Under the pieces are notes generated by a model. The model was not told the DNA's origin, did no database searches, and saw only the letters and a list, made by a program, of their open reading frames with translations. 29,989 nucleotides of DNA from an uncultured Planctomycetia bacterium (GTDB lineage Bacteria; 4484-113; JAGGVC01): assembly GCA_964602075.1 (NCBI GenBank), contig CAZRQJ010000007.1:400-30388 (forward strand), given 5' to 3'. Numbering within the stretch: position 1 is the stretch's first letter; each line of letters opens with the position of its first letter. A program made the position numbers and the translations under genes. Of this stretch, positions 25,507 through 29,989 are shown one piece after another.

Positions 25507-27945
25507 ATGGCTGCCAAACTTGAATATTCCGAGTCGTTGCGTCTAGCTGAACAAGAAATTTCAGACGCTTTACTTGCTCGTGTTGGACTGAAACGCTTCG
25601 AATATGAAAACGCCCGAAAAATGATGGGGCGTGATCTGACCGTTGTCGAACTTGGAATTTTCGGTGCGATGTGGAGCGAACACTGTTGCTATAAAAGCTC
25701 GAAGAAACACCTGAAAAAACTGCCGACGACGGGCGCACACATTTTGCAAGGTCCCGGCGAAAATGCAGGTGTGGTGGACATCGGTGAAGGTACTGCTATC
25801 GCGTTCAAGATCGAATCGCATAACCATCCAAGTGCGGTAGAGCCGTTTCAAGGCGCGGCGACCGGCGTAGGCGGCATAATACGCGACGTGTTCGCTATGG
25901 GAGCGCGCCCGATCGCACTGATGGATCCGCTAAGATTCGGGTTAATCGACGAAGTGACCGCACACGACGAAACCGAACTCAACGACGCAGACGAAGAACG
26001 CCGTTTACGCGCTCGTACACGCTATCTGCTTGGCGGCGTGGTAGCGGGCATTGCGCATTACGGTAACTGCATCGGCATACCCACGGTTGGCGGTGAAGTG
26101 CATTTCGACGACTCATACTCGACGAATCCGCTTGTAAACGTGCTGTGTCTCGGCACTGTTGACCCCAACGCGATTGTGCGCGGCATTGCGCGGGGCGCAG
26201 GTAATCCTGTGCTGTATGTTGGCAGTAAAACCGGACGCGACGGTATTCAAGGTGCGACATTCGCAAGCGTGAATCTCGCCGAAGACGCGACGCAGGATAG
26301 ACCGGCTGTGCAAGTAGGCGATCCGTTTTATGAGAAACTTCTGCTTGAAGCTTGTCTTGAAATTGCAAAATTGCCGGGTTTAATCGGCATGCAGGATATG
26401 GGTGCAGCGGGACTGACGTCTAGTAGTTGCGAAATGGCGGGACGCGGCGGCGTTGGAATTGAGATGGACCTTGACCGCGTGCCGCAGCGCGCCGACGACC
26501 TAACGGCGTATGAAATGATGCTATCCGAGAGTCAAGAACGAATGGTGATCGTGGTCGAACGCGGACGCGAAGAAGATTTTATAGCAGCGTTCAAAAAATG
26601 GGAACTGGACGCCGTCGAAGTGGGCGTTGTAATTGACAAACCCGTTATGCGCATCAAACACAAAAATGCGGTTGTTGCGGAAATACCAACAGCGTACATT
26701 ACAACCGATGCACCTGAATATGACCGTCCGATTACTGTACCCGACTATATAAAGAATATGCCGAAACTAACAAACGACGAAGTTGCGCGCATCGCGATTC
26801 ACGTACTCGAAAACCACGTATATCCAGCACATCTGCCGCAGCCGCCGCTCAATCAACCTTATGCAGATCTGCTATACAGACTTCTTTCGCACCCGAACAT
26901 CGCCTGCAAGAAGAGCATCTACGAGCAGTACGACCATATGGTTCGCACGAACACAGTGCCGCCTTACGACGGGGACGCTGCGGTTGTGCGAATCAAGGGC
27001 AAACGGAACGCAGTTGCTATTTCGACAGACTGTCCTGCTCATGTCTGCTACCTTGACCCGCGCATCGGTACCGCGCGCGCTGTATGCGAATCGGCGCGAA
27101 ATCTAATCGCTGTTGGCGCGCGCCCGCTAGCGATTACGAATTGCCTCAATTTTGGCAACCCAGAAGACCCAGAAATAATGTGGCAGCTTGTCGAGTCCAT
27201 TGAAGGCATGCGCGACGCTCTGACTGCACTTGGCACTCCCGTTACCGGCGGCAATGTGAGTTTGTATAACGAGACTCACCGCTATGCAATCAATCCCACG
27301 CCGCTTATCGGAATGATAGGCGTACTGCCCGACGCGGAGAAACGCATCCCGCAGACCTTCACTCAATCCGGCAGCAGCTTATTCATTGTCGGCGACTCCG
27401 ACGGCACACTCGACGGCAGCTCACTCACATGCTGCGTGCTGCGCCACGACGCATACTACGGCAAACCGACTGCTCCCGATATGGCGAAACTCGTCGCCGC
27501 CCGCGACTTCCTTCTTGCCGCAATGGATAGCGGGCTTGTTCAATCCTGCCACGATATAGGCGACGGGGGACTTGCAGTGTGCGCCGCCGAAATGGCGTTT
27601 GGAACGTCTCTCGGCTGCGATATAAAACTCCACGGTTACATAAGGGGCGAGTTCAACGACATGGGAGCGGAACTCAAAGCGGAGCACCTGTCGGCGGCGT
27701 ACTGCGAATCCGGCAACCGCTGGCTCGTTGAAGTTACCCCCGAAAACGCAAGCCGTTTTGTGGCGCAAGCGGTCGCGCTTGGCGTGCCAGTAGAAAACGC
27801 CGGCGTTGTAACCGGCGCAGCCGCTGCTACCGATATCAAAGATACATCGAAAGGAGCTGTGTTCAACTTTGAAGTAGACGGGTTGAAACTCTTCAGCGTC
27901 CCCGTTGCCATGGCTGAAAAAACGTGGCGAGAAGGCTTGGAATAG
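25507..27945 (+). CDS. purL: Phosphoribosylformylglycinamidine synthase subunit PurL (small-type)
   Basis: MWSEHC.YKSS, GPGENAG, KIESHNHPS, GAATGVGGI.RD, QDMGAAGL, LSESQERM, TNCLNFGNP, GGNVSLYNE, HDIGDGG; AAGGAG RBS. Confidence 0.97.
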   Translation: MAAKLEYSESLRLAEQEISDALLARVGLKRFEYENARKMMGRDLTVVELGIFGAMWSEHCCYKSSKKHLKKLPTTGAHILQGPGENAGVVDIGEGTAIAFKIESHNHPSAVEPFQGAATGVGGIIRDVFAMGARPIALMDPLRFGLIDEVTAHDETELNDADEERRLRARTRYLLGGVVAGIAHYGNCIGIPTVGGEVHFDDSYSTNPLVNVLCLGTVDPNAIVRGIARGAGNPVLYVGSKTGRDGIQGATFASVNLAEDATQDRPAVQVGDPFYEKLLLEACLEIAKLPGLIGMQDMGAAGLTSSSCEMAGRGGVGIEMDLDRVPQRADDLTAYEMMLSESQERMVIVVERGREEDFIAAFKKWELDAVEVGVVIDKPVMRIKHKNAVVAEIPTAYITTDAPEYDRPITVPDYIKNMPKLTNDEVARIAIHVLENHVYPAHLPQPPLNQPYADLLYRLLSHPNIACKKSIYEQYDHMVRTNTVPPYDGDAAVVRIKGKRNAVAISTDCPAHVCYLDPRIGTARAVCESARNLIAVGARPLAITNCLNFGNPEDPEIMWQLVESIEGMRDALTALGTPVTGGNVSLYNETHRYAINPTPLIGMIGVLPDAEKRIPQTFTQSGSSLFIVGDSDGTLDGSSLTCCVLRHDAYYGKPTAPDMAKLVAARDFLLAAMDSGLVQSCHDIGDGGLAVCAAEMAFGTSLGCDIKLHGYIRGEFNDMGAELKAEHLSAAYCESGNRWLVEVTPENASRFVAQAVALGVPVENAGVVTGAAAATDIKDTSKGAVFNFEVDGLKLFSVPVAMAEKTWREGLE

Positions 27946-27950
27946 TTCAC

Positions 27951-27974
27951 GCGGCGCAGGTTTAGGTTCCTGCA
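27951..27974 (+). repeat. Degenerate REP-like hairpin, inverted relative to 28194-28216
   Basis: GCGGCGCAGG-TTTAGGTT-CCTGCA, immediately after the purL stop. Confidence 0.35.
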
Positions 27975-27986
27975 GGCGATAAACAA

Positions 27987-28070
27987 AGAGGCGCAGAATT
28001 CGCAGAGAGGACAATCTTGTTTTTTTCTAACCTTCATCAAAGCCTCTGCGTCTCGGTGTCTCTGCGGTGA
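27987..28070. repeat. Imperfect inverted repeat of GCAGAG-type units
   Basis: Left arm AGAGGCGCAGAATTCGCAGAGAGG (27987-28010); right arm CCTCTGCGTCTCGGTGTCTCTGCGGTGA (28043-28070); AT-rich spacer. Confidence 0.6.
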
Positions 28071-28193
28071 ATTTCTACTCCGAACTGCCGCGGTTAGCGG
28101 ACCTGACCCTGCGTGAGTGTGTTCCTTGCACAGAACTAAGCCTTGGGCACATTCAAACAGGCATAAACGTCCCGTTTGTGTCTTATCAATCTA

Positions 28194-28216
28194 CACAGGT
28201 TGGAAGCCTGTGCTAC
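28194..28216 (-). repeat. GTAG-type REP-like palindrome
   Basis: The minus strand reads GTAG-CACAGG-CTTCCAA-CCTGTG, between convergent purL and the VOC gene. Confidence 0.65.
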
Positions 28217-28274
28217 TTTCCTTACGCGAATTTCAATTCAACCGCGACATCCGTGCTACTCTCCGCAAGCCAGC

Positions 28275-28763
28275 TCACTCGCCGTCGTACGCTCGCCGCA
28301 TCGTTGCGATGTCGAGCTTCGTCATCTGCATTACCGCCTGCATCACGCGATTTACGCGTTCAGGATCCGAGCCATCGAGAAGTTCGCCAATAACAGTGGG
28401 CACAATCTGCCACGACACACCGAATCTGTCCGTAAGCCAGCCGCACTGTACTTCCTTGCCGCCGTCCGCGGTAAGTTTGTTCCACAGCCTGTCTATTTCG
28501 TCCTGCGAATCGCAGTTCGCCATAATCGAAGCGGATTCGTTGAATTTGGCTGGTCCCCCGCCGTTGAGCGCCATAAATCTTGTTCCCGCAAGTTCGAAGA
28601 ATACGGTCATTACGGTTCCTTCGGGAATGCCCGAAGCCTTTGAAACTGATTCGGGATAACGCGAAACGCTTAAAATCTTAGCATTGTCGAAAAGCGACAC
28701 GTAGAAGTTGGCGGCTTCCTCCGCCTCGCTCTCAAACCACAGACAAAACGATATATTCTGCAC
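28275..28763 (-). CDS. VOC/PhnB-like protein (3-demethylubiquinone-9 3-methyltransferase family annotation)
   Basis: CLWF..EAEEAANFY.S.F, FELAG..FMALNGG, CGWL.DRFGVSWQI, VMQAVMQM.KLDIA; AAGGAG RBS with GTG. Confidence 0.93.
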   Translation of the reverse strand: MQNISFCLWFESEAEEAANFYVSLFDNAKILSVSRYPESVSKASGIPEGTVMTVFFELAGTRFMALNGGGPAKFNESASIMANCDSQDEIDRLWNKLTADGGKEVQCGWLTDRFGVSWQIVPTVIGELLDGSDPERVNRVMQAVMQMTKLDIATMRRAYDGE

Positions 28764-28997
28764 AGTTTGCTCCTTGATGACTATTAGTTAGGCAATACTA
28801 CCCAACGCACAGTTTTATTACCACAGATTTCAGTCAAGAGAACTACTTTTAGTCGTAAGATCGCCGCTGGTGGGATGACAGAACGACGGTCTGCGGCGTG
28901 AGCAGGTGGCACGTTACTCCGTTGTCGTTTTGTTCGGTGTAAATCGCGCAAGCGATTTTGGGTTCGGGAAGGCAACTTCCCGCATGGAATGTGTTTT

Positions 28998-29450
28998 TTC
29001 CTTATAAGGCAACTGATAAAACAGCACTTGCGTGCCGAAATCATAAAACAACTTGCGTTGTTTTACCGCACGATTCGGAGAGTCTGTCACGATGGTTACA
29101 ATCGCGGGAAGTCAATATTTTGCGTAGATAACCCGGCTTTCCACCCAACCCCGCACAAGCGGTGTCCCGCTGTCTGTGAGCGAATGTGACGGAAGGGTTT
29201 ATGTACGGCTGGTCGTGCGAGCAGATATCTGGCAGGTATGAGATTGAACATCTTAGTAAGAGGTTGTGCCCGAAACGATCTACCGATATTTGCAAACGAC
29301 CGAGAGCAAACTAAAAGATATCAGACTTGAAATGAATAACCGGCCGCTAAAGGTTCTGGGTTGTCTTACCCCGCTCAAGGCTTTCAAACTCGAACTCGAA
29401 CTGATTCAATCCCAACTATCACACCCTGTTGCACTTCATCTGTGAATTAC
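28998..29450 (+). mobile_element. Decayed IS30-family element with the DDE core deleted
   Basis: YGWSCEQISGR (from 29204) resembles WSPEQISGR. After a frameshift, VPETIYRYL is joined directly to LKDIRLEMNNRPLKVLGCLTPLKAF...VALHL* (TGA 29443-29445). TGTTGCACTT at the right end is IS30-like. The left boundary is approximate. Confidence 0.75.
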
Positions 29451-29477
29451 TGCCGCATTTGTAGCATAAAAGAATTT

Positions 29478-29987
29478 TCACTTCACCGCTCTATCAACAA
29501 TTTCGCTCAAGTGTGCGGCGTGGTGTTTTGCGCCTGTTGATGCGGCATGCTGGTTGAGGTAGTAAAGACAAGCGGGGCAGGTTGTCACGATTTCGGTTTC
29601 GGGCGCGACTGCAAGAAATGCGCCTTTATCCGAGGCGATTCGCTGCGCCATAGCCGCGAAGTCCATACAAAACGTGCCGCCAAATCCACAGCATTCGTTT
29701 TCGCCCTCCCGCTCGGTGTAATTCGCACAGGCTGACAGCAGATCGCGCGGTTCTTTCACCGCTTTGTATGCGTATCGCTGATGGCATGGGTCGTGCCAGC
29801 CAACGTAATCGCCGCTCTTTTCAATCGGCAGAGCGTTGCGTATTAGATTGATTATCTCGTAGTCCATTCGCACTTTGGAAGCAAACTCGGCGAACTCCGC
29901 GCCGAAGCGTTCGTGATAGACATAGCGCATAGTTTTCGCGCACGTCGGATTCGACACGATAATATAGTCGCAGTCGAGAGCCATAAG
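29478..29987 (-). CDS. CCG-domain Fe-S oxidoreductase (GlcF/LutA-like), C-terminal part
   Basis: SNPTC, WHDPCH, ECCGFGG, TTCPAC; the frame is open to the window edge. Confidence 0.88.
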   Translation of the reverse strand, partial: LMALDCDYIIVSNPTCAKTMRYVYHERFGAEFAEFASKVRMDYEIINLIRNALPIEKSGDYVGWHDPCHQRYAYKAVKEPRDLLSACANYTEREGENECCGFGGTFCMDFAAMAQRIASDKGAFLAVAPETEIVTTCPACLYYLNQHAASTGAKHHAAHLSEIVDRAVK

Positions 29988-29989
29988 CG

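Noticed and set aside
28965-28982. CGGGAAG-GCAA-CTTCCCG hairpin as an intrinsic terminator or ncRNA
   Set aside because: A perfect stem with a GNRA loop, but no adjacent U-tract, no gene ending just upstream and no wider RNA structure recognised.
28784-29295. ORFs 28784-29044 (-), 28989-29189 (+) and 29041-29295 (-) as genes
   Set aside because: No RBS or motifs; they overlap the decayed IS30 sequence.

Overview
Chromosomal window from a diderm bacterium of roughly 50% GC; the taxon cannot be assigned from the sequence alone. Most of it is housekeeping or metabolic: eno (3' end), pta-ackA, an aconitase-X catalytic subunit, a 3-hydroxyacyl-CoA dehydrogenase, nadX-nadC-coaX, wecA/tagO-wecB, purL, MFS, DinB, VOC and a partial CCG Fe-S protein. 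Main oddities: (1) an AT-rich ~2 kb island (ABC/AAA ATPase + DUF4276-like gene + frameshifted zinc-ribbon remnant) flanked by two copies of the last 28 eno codons that differ at 13 of 84 nt, all synonymously; (2) a three-gene trans-envelope signalling operon (outer-membrane beta-barrel, FecR-cohesin protein, CHASE2 adenylate cyclase) with a divergent TPR remnant; (3) an orphan, motif-divergent AcnX; (4) a secreted protein with a putative Cys-His-Asp triad; (5) an IS30 relic lacking its DDE core; (6) scattered GTAG-type REP-like palindromes; (7) several genes that look leaderless. No tRNA, rRNA or CRISPR array was seen. Family calls come from motif recognition by eye; no database search was run.
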